From NCBI GenBank assembly GCA_963727455.1, contig CAVSGG010000009.1, positions 384,001-448,000 on the forward strand: a DNA stretch of 64,000 nucleotides, in the 5' to 3' direction. Positions 12,273 through 22,939 of the stretch are shown one piece after another. This DNA is from Candidatus Krumholzibacteriota bacterium (GTDB taxonomy: Bacteria; Krumholzibacteriota; Krumholzibacteriia; JAJRXK01). The notes beneath the pieces are model-generated. The model made no database searches and had not been told where the DNA came from. It saw only the letters and a list, made by a program, of their open reading frames with translations. Made by a program: the position numbers and the translations under genes. Numbering within the stretch: position 1 is the first letter of the stretch; the number at the start of each line of letters is the position of its first letter.

Positions 12273-12322
12273 CTCCATCCTTCACCCAGGTTCGAAGCCG
12301 GTCCGCTGCAGCAAGGAGCGTT

Positions 12323-12985
12323 CTATCCCTGGCGCTCCTTGGCCGCCTTCTTGAGCTTGTCGTTCGCCATGATGGCGATTTCCACTCTGCGATTCGCCTG
12401 TCGACCTTCGACGGTGCTGTTGTCCGCAATCGGCTGGGATTCCCCATAGCCCATGATCGTAAAGCGAGTCGGGTCGACGTCGAGTCCCGTGATGTAGTTT
12501 GCGGTGGCCTGCGCCCGGGCAACCGAGAGGCTCAAATTGTGTTCCTCGGTACCGGTGGCGTCGGTGTGACCTTCCACCAGAATGTTGGTGTCGGGATATT
12601 TCTTCAGGATGACGGCGAGCTCGCGCAAATTGTCCTTGGCCACGGGCCGCAACTCCGCCTTGTCGGTATCGAAGAGAATTCCCGAGTTGAAGGTGATCTT
12701 GATCCCCTCCCCCACTCGCTCGACCTTGGCGTTCTGCAGGTCCTGCTGCATCTCCTTGGCCTGCTCATCCATGTAGTGCCCGATGTAGGCACCGGCCGCG
12801 CCCCCGACTGCACCACCGATGATGGCGCCCAGAAGGGTGTTGCCGGCCGCGTGTCCCACCACTGCTCCGGCGGCAGCACCGGAGGCGGTGCCCACGGCGG
12901 CGCCTTTCTGCGTCCGGCTCATGCTGGCGCAAGCTACTGCGTTGACCAGGAGAAGTACGATCAGCGCGTATCGAATGGTCTTCAT
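12323..12985 (-). CDS. OmpA-family lipoprotein with glycine zipper (YiaD-like)
   Basis: Lipobox-like AVAC, Gly-zipper, OmpA_C motifs EGHTDATG, NLSLSVARA and GRQANRRVEI. Confidence 0.9.
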   Translation of the reverse strand: MKTIRYALIVLLLVNAVACASMSRTQKGAAVGTASGAAAGAVVGHAAGNTLLGAIIGGAVGGAAGAYIGHYMDEQAKEMQQDLQNAKVERVGEGIKITFNSGILFDTDKAELRPVAKDNLRELAVILKKYPDTNILVEGHTDATGTEEHNLSLSVARAQATANYITGLDVDPTRFTIMGYGESQPIADNSTVEGRQANRRVEIAIMANDKLKKAAKERQG

Positions 12986-13278
12986 GGCTCTACTCCCTGA
13001 CCGAAGTGTCTTTGGGGAACGAAATGCTCTCGCCGAGAGACTGAGAGTCTGGACGAGTAAGGCTAAAGGGACGAATGTGCAACCAGGGGATACTACCCCG
13101 AGATGCGTCCGCTAGGCGAGTAGATCTTGCGGGATGGCGCGATTGCGCGCCGATTTCCAATTCCGGACCGGCTGGTGCGCTCCGAAACAAAGTGGGAAGA
13201 TTAGCGAGAATTGCCTACTTTTGACAACGCAGTTCGACGAGTCAGATCGATGACTGAGCGTGATGGAGGTAAGACCCG

Positions 13279-13695
13279 GTGGAAATTCAGATGGATTGGG
13301 CGGGCGGCATCGCCTTCGAGGGAAAGAGCGAATTCGGCCACACCGTTCGCACCGACTCCGCTCGCAGAGTAGGCGGAGAGGAGAGCGGCCCCATGCCCAC
13401 CGAATTGGTGCTCTTCGGTATCGCCGGCTGCACAGGCGTGGACGTGGTTCGCATCATGGAAAAGGCGCGTCAACCCCTGGAGAGTCTCAGCATCGTAGTG
13501 CAGGCCGATCAGAATGACGAATATCCCAAGCCCTTCCATACCGTCCGTATCCACTTCAAGGCCAAGGGCAAGGGAATCAGCGAGAAACGCCTCGCCAAAG
13601 CCATCGAGCTCTCCGAGGAGAAGTACTGCGTAGTGAGCCAGACGATCGCCCGGCCCGCAAAGGTGAGTACGAGCTACGAGATCGTCGAAGGCTGA
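13279..13695 (+). CDS. OsmC/YhfA family protein
   Basis: GPMPTELVLFGIAGCTGVDV and LSEEKYCVVS Cys pair; GGAGG RBS before the GTG start. Confidence 0.85.
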   Translation: MEIQMDWAGGIAFEGKSEFGHTVRTDSARRVGGEESGPMPTELVLFGIAGCTGVDVVRIMEKARQPLESLSIVVQADQNDEYPKPFHTVRIHFKAKGKGISEKRLAKAIELSEEKYCVVSQTIARPAKVSTSYEIVEG

Positions 13696-13806
13696 AACAA
13701 GATGGAGCCGCCCCCAAGGGAGCGGCCCCAACCCATCTTCGCACACTTCTGTACGACAGACGAGGCTCTTGTAGTTCGCGGCACCTCGACATTGCCGACT
13801 TTGCGG

Positions 13807-13831
13807 CTCATCGTGCAAATCGCACGATGAG
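13807..13831. terminator. Perfect 10-bp inverted repeat between convergent genes, possible bidirectional terminator
   Basis: CTCATCGTGC-aaatc-GCACGATGAG; no clear U tract. Confidence 0.35.
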
Positions 13832-13894
13832 AACCCCATTTTCCAGCCTCAAATCCTCGTTCTAGTTTGTGCAGGAAGGACCGTGCCAAGGCGA

Positions 13895-14782
13895 CTACGC
13901 GAAGGTCACGAGCGCGACGCCAGCCAAGCCACCCAAAAGTCCGATCAGGCGGCCTCGAGTAATGGGTTCGTGCAGGAGCAAAACTGCCAGTACGAAAGTC
14001 CACAGGGTCGCGGTCTGATTGAGGGCGGCAGCGGTCGAGGCGAGGGTGTATTTCATGCCACCCAGCCAGAACAGCAGTGAGACGTAGGTTCCCATCACGG
14101 TACCGGGAATCATTGCAGGCCAGATTTTGACATTCCTCAGAGTGCGCAAGCCGGCACGCAGGCCGGGCAGGAATCCGAACAGAAGAATCGAAGTCAGAAG
14201 CCCGCCCGCCAGTCTCCAGAAATTGGCCCACAGCAGCGGCAACTGCGCGAGCTGGGGTTTCACCATCACGATGGAGACCGCCTGTGTGAAAGTAGTGCCC
14301 AAACCAAGCAAAATTCCAATGAGCACCGTGCGACGCGGGAGAGGCTCGATCCCCTTCGTGGGCCACGCGAGAGAGAGCACCGCGCCGAGAATGAAGCCCA
14401 CTCCCAGGAGCTGAAGCGGCCGCAAACGCTCGTGAAGGAAGAGAAAGCTGAGCAGAATGATCGACGGGCTATAGCTGGTGTTGATGATCGCCTGCATTCC
14501 CGCGCCCACGCGGTTCAAAGTCATGAAGAAGAGCGTATCGGAGATGCCAATGCCAATGACTCCGCTCACCGCAAGTAACAGATAGAGCGAGGCCGGATGA
14601 GAGCGCAGAATGGGCTCGCCCACGATTGCCATGGTCAGGATGAATAAGGCCAGCGCGACCGAATTCTTGAAGAAATTCAGGGCGAGGGGCGGAACGACCC
14701 TTCCTGTGCTGTGGAAGAGGATGACCGCGATGGACCAGCTCAAAGGAGCTGCGAGGGCAAAAATCTCACCGAGGTAGTTCAT
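13895..14782 (-). CDS. DMT/EamA family transporter
   Basis: About 10 hydrophobic helices in two EamA halves ([10 protein letters not shown]; [10 protein letters not shown]). ATGA overlap with the upstream gene. Confidence 0.85.
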   Translation of the reverse strand: MNYLGEIFALAAPLSWSIAVILFHSTGRVVPPLALNFFKNSVALALFILTMAIVGEPILRSHPASLYLLLAVSGVIGIGISDTLFFMTLNRVGAGMQAIINTSYSPSIILLSFLFLHERLRPLQLLGVGFILGAVLSLAWPTKGIEPLPRRTVLIGILLGLGTTFTQAVSIVMVKPQLAQLPLLWANFWRLAGGLLTSILLFGFLPGLRAGLRTLRNVKIWPAMIPGTVMGTYVSLLFWLGGMKYTLASTAAALNQTATLWTFVLAVLLLHEPITRGRLIGLLGGLAGVALVTFA

Positions 14783-15288
14783 GCTCTCGACTTGAGCCCA
14801 CAGCACTTCTTGTACTTCTTGCCGCTTCCACAGGGGCAGGGATCATTACGCCCAATCTTCGGCGACTCTCTGCGGATGGGTTCCTGACGACCCGGCTTGC
14901 CGTCGACGAAGTACCAGCGGCCCTCCTCCCGGCGGAAGAGACTGCGCTCGTGATGGACCACCTCCTGCCCGTCCGCGTCGAGGTAGTATGCCTTGAACTC
15001 CACGATTTGCTCGTTGCGGTTGGAGTCGGCCTCGGGGTCTTCGAGGATCTCGAGATCCTGCCAAGTGGAGTTCTTCGACCATTCCCTGATGTGATCCAAA
15101 TCGAGCTCGTCGCGCTTGGCCGGCCATGTGGAGTCGACGATGAAGTCGATCTTGCCTTCTACGTAGGCAGAGTAACGAGCGCGCATGAGGTCCTCCGCCT
15201 TCGCCGGATTCTCCTCGCCGCGCAGGACCGGGCCGCAGCACTCCTCGTAGTCCCACCCCGAATGACAAAGACACTCCTTTTTCATCAA
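14779..15288 (-). CDS. ychJ: YchJ family protein with SEC-C motif
   Basis: [25 protein letters not shown] and C-terminal [18 protein letters not shown]. Confidence 0.9.
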   Translation of the reverse strand: MMKKECLCHSGWDYEECCGPVLRGEENPAKAEDLMRARYSAYVEGKIDFIVDSTWPAKRDELDLDHIREWSKNSTWQDLEILEDPEADSNRNEQIVEFKAYYLDADGQEVVHHERSLFRREEGRWYFVDGKPGRQEPIRRESPKIGRNDPCPCGSGKKYKKCCGLKSRA

Positions 15289-15302
15289 TACTCCTTGGCG
15301 CT

Positions 15303-16028
15303 TTAGGACAAGCTTTCCAGCTGCTCTTCAGGGATCTTTCTCAATTCTGCGGCATTGGCAGCGCGCAGAATAGCACCTCTTGGGAAACTCTTCGCGCCCA
15401 AGATGCGCACACAGGCGGATCCTACTGCCCGGCTGTCCATCCACTCCAGATTTCCATCCACGAGCTTGCGCGAACGTACCGGCCCTTCCAGCAGGAGCGT
15501 CGCGCTGTTCAGACTCCTCTCCTCCACGCTCAGCACTCGGGCGAGCATGAGTTGGGCTGCGGAAGCGATGTTGATCAGACCGGCCCGCGCCTGCGGATTC
15601 ACGGCCGTTCCCCCGTTGATCCAGAGACAGCGAGCTTTCTCGTTTTCGACCAGTACCGGTACGAATTCGTGGGCCAGGAGCAGCTGGGGTACGATCGTGC
15701 TTGCCGCCACCTTCTCCCATTCCTGAAGGACGGGGACCTCCCGCAAGAGACCCTCCTCCCACCACGATCCCAGGCAGGATACGAGGCCGTCCAGTCCCTT
15801 TGCCGGCAAAAGGACCTCGCGGGCCATCTTCGCGACTCCTCCGGGGGAGGAGAGTTCGCAAGCTACGGTGCTCAGTCTTTGTGGCGCTGCGTCGGAGAGT
15901 TCGTGTTTGAGACGCCTGAGTCCAGTTTCGTCCCGGTCGACCGCAATGACGCGCGCCCCGGCCTCCAGCAGCTCGGCTGCGATGCCGCTCCCGATGGCAC
16001 CGGCCGCGCCGGCCACCAGGATACGCAT
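15303..16028 (-). CDS. SDR family oxidoreductase (atypical, no canonical YxxxK)
   Basis: [17 protein letters not shown] Rossmann motif. Confidence 0.7.
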   Translation of the reverse strand: MRILVAGAAGAIGSGIAAELLEAGARVIAVDRDETGLRRLKHELSDAAPQRLSTVACELSSPGGVAKMAREVLLPAKGLDGLVSCLGSWWEEGLLREVPVLQEWEKVAASTIVPQLLLAHEFVPVLVENEKARCLWINGGTAVNPQARAGLINIASAAQLMLARVLSVEERSLNSATLLLEGPVRSRKLVDGNLEWMDSRAVGSACVRILGAKSFPRGAILRAANAAELRKIPEEQLESLS

Positions 16029-16209
16029 GGATGAAGTTGGCGAACGCATCCTTGTCCTCGTCGGCAGGGGGAGAAACCTCGAGCTAGCCGCATCATTACA
16101 CGAAAGCCCCCTTACCAACCAGATTGGACTGGCTGAGTTGGGGCAAGCCTTCTACACTTTTTTCGGTTGGAGTCCCTTTCTTTGGCACTTCCCCTTTTTG
16201 AGTATCCAC

Positions 16210-16920
16210 ATGGACGCACCTTACGCCCACACTCGAGGTCGCGCGGTCTGGTCTGAGGAACTGCTCCAGGTCGTCGCCCGCTGGCAGAGCATCGATGATC
16301 CCCCGATGCCGGAGAATCGGCGCCGCAAGCAGGGAATCAGAATCTTCCGTCACGACCCGGTCGAGCGGTTCTTGAGCAAAGCGCACCCCGCCACGCCACT
16401 CCTCTACACTCTTCCCTTCGTCCTTTTGGGTTTCTATCGTGGAATCGTGCTCGGCCATTCCACCTTGTTCGAAACCCTGGGGTTGATGGGACTCGGAATT
16501 CTGCTCTGGACCTTTCTGGAGTATATCCTGCACCGCTGGGTCTTCCACTATCAGCCGCCGGGATGGGGCGGCAAAATGTGGATGTTCATGGTCCACGGAT
16601 ATCACCACGAGTTTCCCGACGACAAGATGCGGCTTGTCGCTCCGCCGCTCATGATTGGGCTCTTGGGAACGGTTACGGGCTTCGTGTACTACCTGATCTT
16701 CGGATCCGGCCTGTGGGCTCAGGTCTTCGCCGGGACCTTCCTCGGCTACCTCGCTTACGACTGGATCCACTACTATACCCACCACTTCCATCCCCGCAGG
16801 GGATGGGGCAAGTGGCTCAGGCAGTATCACCTGCAGCATCATTTCGATCCACGCCATGACCGCTTCGGGATCTCCACTCCGCTGTGGGATTTCGTCTTCC
16901 GCACCTACCGCCCCCTTTGA
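16210..16920 (+). CDS. Fatty acid hydroxylase / sterol desaturase family (FA2H/Scs7-like)
   Basis: EYILHRWVFH, HGYHHEFPDDKMRLVAPP, YDWIHYYTHH, YHLQHHF and FGISTPLWD His boxes. Confidence 0.88.
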   Translation: MDAPYAHTRGRAVWSEELLQVVARWQSIDDPPMPENRRRKQGIRIFRHDPVERFLSKAHPATPLLYTLPFVLLGFYRGIVLGHSTLFETLGLMGLGILLWTFLEYILHRWVFHYQPPGWGGKMWMFMVHGYHHEFPDDKMRLVAPPLMIGLLGTVTGFVYYLIFGSGLWAQVFAGTFLGYLAYDWIHYYTHHFHPRRGWGKWLRQYHLQHHFDPRHDRFGISTPLWDFVFRTYRPL

Positions 16921-17043
16921 GACGGTCCTGCCCGCTTTGCGCTGGACAAGCCGGCGCAGATCTTTCACATTTTTTACGATGACCTGCCCGTGAGTGGGCT
17001 CCCAGCTCATTCAGTCAAGTTTCCTGATGCACTGGAGGTTGAG

Positions 17044-17499
17044 ATGCTCAAGGAATTCAAGGAATTCGCAGTCAAAGGCAATGCGGTGGACATGGCCGTT
17101 GGTATCATCATCGGGGCCGCCTTCTCGACCATCGTCAAGTCCCTGGTGGCCGACATCATCATGCCGCCCATTGGTCTTCTGCTCGGTGGAGTCGATTTCA
17201 GCAATCTCTTCGTGGTTCTCAAACACGGGGCGGAAGCCGCCGGTCCCTACGAGACCCTGGTCGCGGCCCAAGAGGCAGGAGCGGTGACCCTCAACCTCGG
17301 CGTCTTCATCAACACCATCATCAGCTTCCTCATCGTGGCCTTCGCGGTCTTCTTCGTCGTCCGCTCGATCAATCGACTCAAGAAAGAAGAGCCTGCTCCC
17401 GAGCCAGCCGAGCCCACGACCAAAGAATGCTCCCAGTGCCTGTCGACCATTCCCATCAAGGCCACTCGGTGCGCCTTCTGTACTTCAGTGCAGAGCTGA
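17044..17499 (+). CDS. mscL: Large-conductance mechanosensitive channel with C-terminal Cys4 zinc ribbon
   Basis: [27 protein letters not shown]; tail [22 protein letters not shown]. Confidence 0.93.
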   Translation: MLKEFKEFAVKGNAVDMAVGIIIGAAFSTIVKSLVADIIMPPIGLLLGGVDFSNLFVVLKHGAEAAGPYETLVAAQEAGAVTLNLGVFINTIISFLIVAFAVFFVVRSINRLKKEEPAPEPAEPTTKECSQCLSTIPIKATRCAFCTSVQS

Positions 17500-17509
17500 A
17501 AAGTGGGAA

Positions 17510-18166
17510 TTAGATCGAGCCACCGTGCCGCACGACATCGCCGTCAACGAGAAAGATCACGTCCTCGGCGATGTTGGTGGCCAGATCACCGATGCGCTCG
17601 AAACATCGCGAGACGGAAAGGTGTTGCGTCGCCTCGCTGACCGCCGACGAGTCGGAGGCCATCAGAGTCATCAGTTCGGAAAACGTGCGCCGGTGCAGTT
17701 CATCGAGCCGGTTGTCCTCTTCCAGTACCTCGCGAGCAGAGGCAGTATCGCGATCTACGAGCGCCTTGAGGCTCTTTCTGACCATCTCCAGGGAGATGCG
17801 GCTCATCACAGAGAGCGTGGTTGGAGCGTGCATCTCGCCCAGGGAGGCCAGGCTTACGGTGCGGTGCCCGATATTGGCCGAGAGATCCCCTATGCGCTCC
17901 AGATCGTTGTTGACCTTCAGGGCGGTAACGACGTAGCGCAGATCGGCAGCTACCGGTTGGTGTAGGGCCAGGATCTTCAGACACTCCTCTTCGACTTCCA
18001 CTTCCAGGGCGTCAACTTCCTTGTCGCCTTCGATGACGGCGCGCGCCGTCACCATGTCCTGCCCGAGATAAGCTTGTGCCGCGGAGCTTAGCGCTTCCTC
18101 GACCCTGTCACCAACGGCGAGAATGTCGATGCTGAGCTGACCCAAGGCCCGATCGAGGTGCTGCAT
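17510..18166 (-). CDS. phoU: Phosphate signalling protein PhoU
   Basis: LALHQPVAADLR, DLERIGDL and ERIGDLATNIAEDVIF. Confidence 0.93.
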   Translation of the reverse strand: MQHLDRALGQLSIDILAVGDRVEEALSSAAQAYLGQDMVTARAVIEGDKEVDALEVEVEEECLKILALHQPVAADLRYVVTALKVNNDLERIGDLSANIGHRTVSLASLGEMHAPTTLSVMSRISLEMVRKSLKALVDRDTASAREVLEEDNRLDELHRRTFSELMTLMASDSSAVSEATQHLSVSRCFERIGDLATNIAEDVIFLVDGDVVRHGGSI

Positions 18167-18249
18167 CCGGTCCTCCTGCTGGATCTGAAAGGTCGAGAGA
18201 GGAGTCGAGCCGCCGCGCAGGACCTCGTTCCGCGGCGGCCCAAAAACCA

Positions 18250-19446
18250 CTAGAAATATACCATGAAGCGGGTCTGCAGCCCGCTGAATTGCCCATATTC
18301 ATTCGCGTCCGAGTAGACGTAGTTCAGCATCACCCGCGCGTTGTTGTTTGCGTACCAGTTGATCCCCGCTGTGTAGTCGTCCAGTTGACCGCCGTTGGCG
18401 TCACTCAGATCAACGTGTGCGGCTCGCACCGCGAATTCCCACGCGCCGGGGCCAGTTCCGAGCGGTCTGTTCGGCTTGAGGTGACCGAAGGCTCCTTCGG
18501 AGTGCTTGTAAGGTCGGCTCTCGCCGGTCAGAAACCAACTCCCCGAAACATAGAATCCACTGAGATTGGGATTGTCTCCGCTGATCAGGTTGACATTGGT
18601 CAGCCGGTACTCGGCATCCAGCGAAAAGGAACCCATGACCGCCGAGGCCTCGAAACCGGCCAGAGAATACTCGTTCGCCATCAGCACCTCGCTGTGGAGA
18701 ATTTTGTTCGTCAGATGAGAGGAAGGCCGGATCGACATCTGGTACATGCCGTCCGGGGTTTTGCGCAAACTGCCGGCCACTCCGAGGTGGAGGAGGCGGT
18801 GGTTTTCTGTGTCTTCGTAAGGAAGACCGCTTAGGCGGACCGAGTAGTTGTACTTGGCGTCGCCGCTTCCCGCTCCTGTTTCGTTGGTGTCGCGGAAGAT
18901 TCCTGCCGAAGCGAGCACGCGTTCCTTCGACCAGGAGTTCTGAACCATGATGCCCGTATTCCGCTCCGCGTCGAAGGCCGCCGCGGGAGAACGCTCCATG
19001 AAAGTGATGTAGTTGCTGCTGGTGAGCTCTTCGAGACTGAAAGGCTCCTTCATCTGACCCACTCTCAGCTCCCCTACCACCGGCAGGTCTTCGATGCCCA
19101 TGTACATGTCCTTGAAGGCAACCTCACCACTGGAAAAGTCGATTTGGCTCTTGAAGATGAGACCGCCGCCGAGTTTCCCGGCAAGGTAGATGCGCGCGCG
19201 GCGAAACTCCGTAGCATCGGAAGTGGAGACCGAAGCATCGCTTCTCTCGGGAAACCAGGCCCAGTCGTTGAGAATTCGTCCCCCCAGTTTGATGGAGACG
19301 TCGCTTTCCGGGCTCTCGAAGCGCAGCCCGTCCTTCCACTGCACGGACATCTCTTTGGACTGCGCCGAACCGCTGCTCGCGGCGCTCAGGGCCAAAAACA
19401 TCAAAAAGCCGGATAAGACTCCGAAGGAGCGAGTGCTAGGCGACAT
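18250..19446 (-). CDS. OprO/OprP-family phosphate-selective porin
   Basis: Signal peptide; EFRRARI, GQMKEPFSLEELTSSNYITFMER, SWFLTGESRPY, GAWEFAVR and GINWYAN; C-terminal F. Confidence 0.88.
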   Translation of the reverse strand: MSPSTRSFGVLSGFLMFLALSAASSGSAQSKEMSVQWKDGLRFESPESDVSIKLGGRILNDWAWFPERSDASVSTSDATEFRRARIYLAGKLGGGLIFKSQIDFSSGEVAFKDMYMGIEDLPVVGELRVGQMKEPFSLEELTSSNYITFMERSPAAAFDAERNTGIMVQNSWSKERVLASAGIFRDTNETGAGSGDAKYNYSVRLSGLPYEDTENHRLLHLGVAGSLRKTPDGMYQMSIRPSSHLTNKILHSEVLMANEYSLAGFEASAVMGSFSLDAEYRLTNVNLISGDNPNLSGFYVSGSWFLTGESRPYKHSEGAFGHLKPNRPLGTGPGAWEFAVRAAHVDLSDANGGQLDDYTAGINWYANNNARVMLNYVYSDANEYGQFSGLQTRFMVYF

Positions 19447-19505
19447 GTTCCACTTCCTTGGGAAATGAGGGTTCAAAGAAGTCGCGGTCAAAGTAAATGC
19501 AGAAG

Positions 19506-19532
19506 ATGAAGAGAGCGTTAAGGCCCCGTAAA
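19506..19532 (-). promoter_or_regulatory. Putative Pho box (three direct repeats with 11-bp period)
   Basis: Minus strand reads TTTAC-ggggcc-TTAAC-gctctc-TTCAT, about 60 bp upstream of the porin-phoU unit. Confidence 0.55.
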
Positions 19533-19562
19533 TTCTCGTGGACCTCAGCCTCGCAATCAGTT

Positions 19563-20657
19563 TCAAGAGGGTTTCGAGCGGGCAGCATATACCCGCAGCA
19601 TCCACGCGACGGTGGCCAATCCCATCAGCAGAAGTACCACGAACAGCACGAGCACCCCGGTCTGGGACTGTACTTTGAGGCTGTGCAAGTCGAGAACCGG
19701 CGCGAGCATGCGGTCGCGCACGATGTCCCGCACGAAGACCATGGCCACGATGGTGCCCAGGAGGTGCGCCGCCGCGACGTTCATCAGTCTCTGCGGCTGG
19801 GGATGGCGAATTGCCATCGCCGCGGTCATGAGCGCTCCGAGAGGCAGAATGATCGAGGCAATGAAGGCCACGGTGGCTCCCACGCTCTTGCCCATGAAGA
19901 AGAGAATGACTTCGCGCGGCAAGGACAAAAGGAACCAGGTTCCCACGAGATACTGTAAGCCGGTGGGGATGAGAAACCACATGCTGCCGAAGTGGAGCAT
20001 ACCGCGTCCGTCCGCCTCGTCCCTCTTTACGCGTTGTGCTCCCACCCAGGCGATCATCATTCCGCAGACCGCCACCGCGGCCAGAAGGAAATGCAAGTAA
20101 CGCGGCCAGAGACTCGGGTCCCCGTAATTCCCATTCAATCCGGACGGATCGCCGTGGTAGATGGCGGCCCAGCTCGAAGGTCGCAGCATCAGACTCATGT
20201 TGTGGACGAAGACGTGCGAGATGGCCAGGAGTCCCAGAAGAATGACCCAGCCCAGCACATGGTAGACCCCGCTGTAGCGCTCGCCCTTGAATGCCTGCGC
20301 GTAGGCCGCGTAGTAGGCCACGATCAACACCGGAATGACCAGCCACCAGGGCCAGGCGATCAAGATACTCGAGGTGTAGAGCAGATTCCCGTAGAGAACC
20401 TGCACGAAGAGCAGCGGGGCGACGCCGAACACCACGGTCATGGCCACCGCGGTGGGCAACTTCGTCTCGATCCAGCGCGCGAGACGTCGCCCCTCGTCGT
20501 TGCGTCGCAAGCGCGACGCCACCGCGAGAATGGCCCCGCCCAGAGTGAAGTTCATGAAGAGGAGGTGGATCACGAACGTGAGCTGGAGCAGGGTCTTGAA
20601 CAACCACACCGGTCCGGGTAGCGGCAGAACGTCGGGCAGTGGCACTACTGAGTTCAT
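19563..20657 (-). CDS. CydA-related polytopic membrane protein, partner of the cytochrome c-fused subunit
   Basis: About 9 TM helices; TFVIHLLFMNFTLGG, GVAPLLFVQVLYG and PRYLHFLLAA. ATGA-coupled to the upstream gene. Confidence 0.65.
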   Translation of the reverse strand: MNSVVPLPDVLPLPGPVWLFKTLLQLTFVIHLLFMNFTLGGAILAVASRLRRNDEGRRLARWIETKLPTAVAMTVVFGVAPLLFVQVLYGNLLYTSSILIAWPWWLVIPVLIVAYYAAYAQAFKGERYSGVYHVLGWVILLGLLAISHVFVHNMSLMLRPSSWAAIYHGDPSGLNGNYGDPSLWPRYLHFLLAAVAVCGMMIAWVGAQRVKRDEADGRGMLHFGSMWFLIPTGLQYLVGTWFLLSLPREVILFFMGKSVGATVAFIASIILPLGALMTAAMAIRHPQPQRLMNVAAAHLLGTIVAMVFVRDIVRDRMLAPVLDLHSLKVQSQTGVLVLFVVLLLMGLATVAWMLRVYAARSKPS

Positions 20658-22202
20658 CGTGTACTCCCTTCGTTCTGAGCTTGCTCTTTTGCGCTGTTCT
20701 TTTCTTCGATGGCCTTTGCCAGAAATTCGGACAATACGCGTCGTTGGGCTTCCCCGGCGGTGAAGGCCGGCATCTCGTCCGAGCCCACGTCTTGGAGAAA
20801 TTCGTCGATGTCCTGCGCGCTCATTCCATCGAGGCGCTCCGCGAGAGAACGTTCTCCGTAAAGAGTGTGACAGGAGGAGCAGCGTCTCTCGAAAACCACC
20901 ATCCCGTCGGGGTTCTTGGGGGTACTCTCCTTTGCTCCCGGCAGACTCAAGAGATACTGTGCGAGTTCGTCTGCCTCGCGTGGCGTGCCTACCCAGGGTG
21001 GCATGGGGCGCAGGCTGTATTCCAAGCGCTGAATGAAGCTCGCGGTGAACTGCTCGTCCCAACCGCGCACCCGAAAGGCGAGCCCATTGTAGCCATCGCG
21101 CGAGTGACAATTCTTGCACGCGGCGCGGAAGATCTCCTCGCCCATGGCCACGGGATCGTTCGCTTTCGATGTATCGACCCACGGATCGGACGCCACGATT
21201 CCCGCGGTCTTGAGAGTCTTGACCTCATCCGCACGATAACCGTTGCTGTAGAGATAGTTCTGGATCACCCACGGCTTGCGTACCGCTTCGCGCAACCACT
21301 CGCCCGAGCCGAGCACTGCCAGCCCGCAGAGCAAAATCAGGATGGTGGTCGCCGGATTGGCCCAGCGCGGGAACACGATCGCGAGCACGACGACCAACAG
21401 AATCAACCCCCGGAGAGTCCACACGATCGCCTTGAACGCGTCCAGTGCGATGGGCATGTTTCCCGCCGCCAACTGGTGCACTGCCGCCGGCAGTCCATCC
21501 CACCACCAAATCGCGCTCAGGAAGGTGCCGACGAGTCCGAGTACGGCCCAGGCCCCCGCGTAACGCGTGAGCCAGCGCCGCAGGGGGCCCCAGTCGAGAC
21601 GTGTCGCGGTCCACAGGCAGAAAAGGCCCGCAAGGGTGATTGCAAAGGCGCTGCGACCGACGAGACTGGAGAGATAGCTCGGATTGAGAATTCCGTCCCA
21701 GAAGCCGTGGCTTACGATCCATTTCCCCGGCGTGAGTTGGAAGCTCAAAATTCCGTTGATGACGGCCAGGGAGAGCCAAGCGGCAGCGAAGTAAATCCAA
21801 CCCACGATCAGATGATCGCGGGGCCGCATGGTGGTAAAGCCGTAGTAGTAAACGAGGGCCGCGATGATCTCGACCAAAAAGAAGACCCATTCGATGGCCC
21901 AACCCCACACGAAAGCGTGAATGAGGGCGGAGGTCCCCGCCGGATTGATGAGCCCGATCGTGAACCAAATGCCCACGCCAGTGATCGCCCCGAATACCAG
22001 AGTCAAGCAAAATGAAGAAACGGGAATGCGTATGCAGGTAGCTCAGAAGTCCATCGTCTCCGCGGCGCCGCGCCAAGTGCTCGGTGACGACCAGAAAGAG
22101 CCCGCCCCCGATGGCGAAGTGGCTGACGTAGACGTGAAGGATCGCGACGACCGCAATGAGAAGTCCATGGGCAAAAGCTGGGTCCCAGACCGGATACTGC
22201 AA
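20654..22202 (-). CDS. Cytochrome bd subunit I (CydA)-like protein fused to two c-type heme domains (frameshift near 22005)
   Basis: ILHVYVSHFAIGGG, GAITGVGIWF, WAIEWVFFLVE, GEWLREAVRKPW; CxxCH motifs CKNCH and CSSCH. TTG start with GGAGG RBS. Confidence 0.8.
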
Positions 22203-22462
22203 TGTGGCCCCTCCATTCGGGTGCGCCGAATTCACTAGTACGGTAACTCACCAATCGGCCCAGTGTTACTCCCGCCCGAAGCTCCTTTCCAGGGCAAAAT
22301 GAAGTCGTGTCGCACTGCGCCCTTGGCAGTAGAGCACAGATTCTGGTATCCTGTGGAGTAGTAACTCCGATTATCTATCATTAAAGTTCTTTTGAGCTTT
22401 TTGTTAGCTTTGGTCCGCGCTGCGCGCGGAACAAGCCCGCCTTCCTCTCGAGGAGGGGAACT

Positions 22463-22939
22463 ATGAAGCCATCAATTCAAGCCATGAGCCAAACCGACCA
22501 AGTCCTCGCCGAACACCGCGAGTTGCGCACTCTCTTGACCCATCTCCAGGGATTTACCCTTCAGCCGCGTCCGGAAATTGGAAACGAAGGCTTTCACCGT
22601 TGGGCCGCCGATCTCTCGAAGAACCTGGTCGAACTTCACGACAAGCTGTTTCGCCATTTTCGATTCGAAATCTCCAGCGGGGTCTTCGACGAGCTAGTGA
22701 AGATCCATCCTCGCGGGGCAAAGCCATTGCAAGAACTCCAGGGGCAGCACCCCCAGCTGCTGCGGGAAGTGCGGGAGCTGGTCCACTCCAGCCTGAGTTA
22801 TTCTCAAGGTGAGGAACCTGCGAATCCGCGTCTGCGTCGCCGTCTCGGGGAAATTTTGACCCACCTGCGCAATCACGAGGACTGTGAATCGGAGCTTCTG
22901 ACGCGCCTCTTGGGGCGTGACATCGGCGCGCTGGACTGA
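22463..22939 (+). CDS. Hemerythrin-like (HHE) domain protein
   Basis: His/Glu pattern EH...HFRFE...QH...HEDCESELL in a four-helix context; GGAGG RBS. Confidence 0.7.
   Translation: MKPSIQAMSQTDQVLAEHRELRTLLTHLQGFTLQPRPEIGNEGFHRWAADLSKNLVELHDKLFRHFRFEISSGVFDELVKIHPRGAKPLQELQGQHPQLLREVRELVHSSLSYSQGEEPANPRLRRRLGEILTHLRNHEDCESELLTRLLGRDIGALD

Noticed and set aside
13872-13890. Sigma-54-like TGGCACG element on the minus strand (similar ones near 52250 and 52450)
   Set aside because: The -12 element is TTCC or mis-spaced rather than TTGC at the required distance.
18250-20607. 785-aa ORF suggesting a long N-terminal fusion to the porin
   Set aside because: The upstream part is an alternative frame of the CydA-like partner gene. 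The porin has its own signal peptide from 19446.
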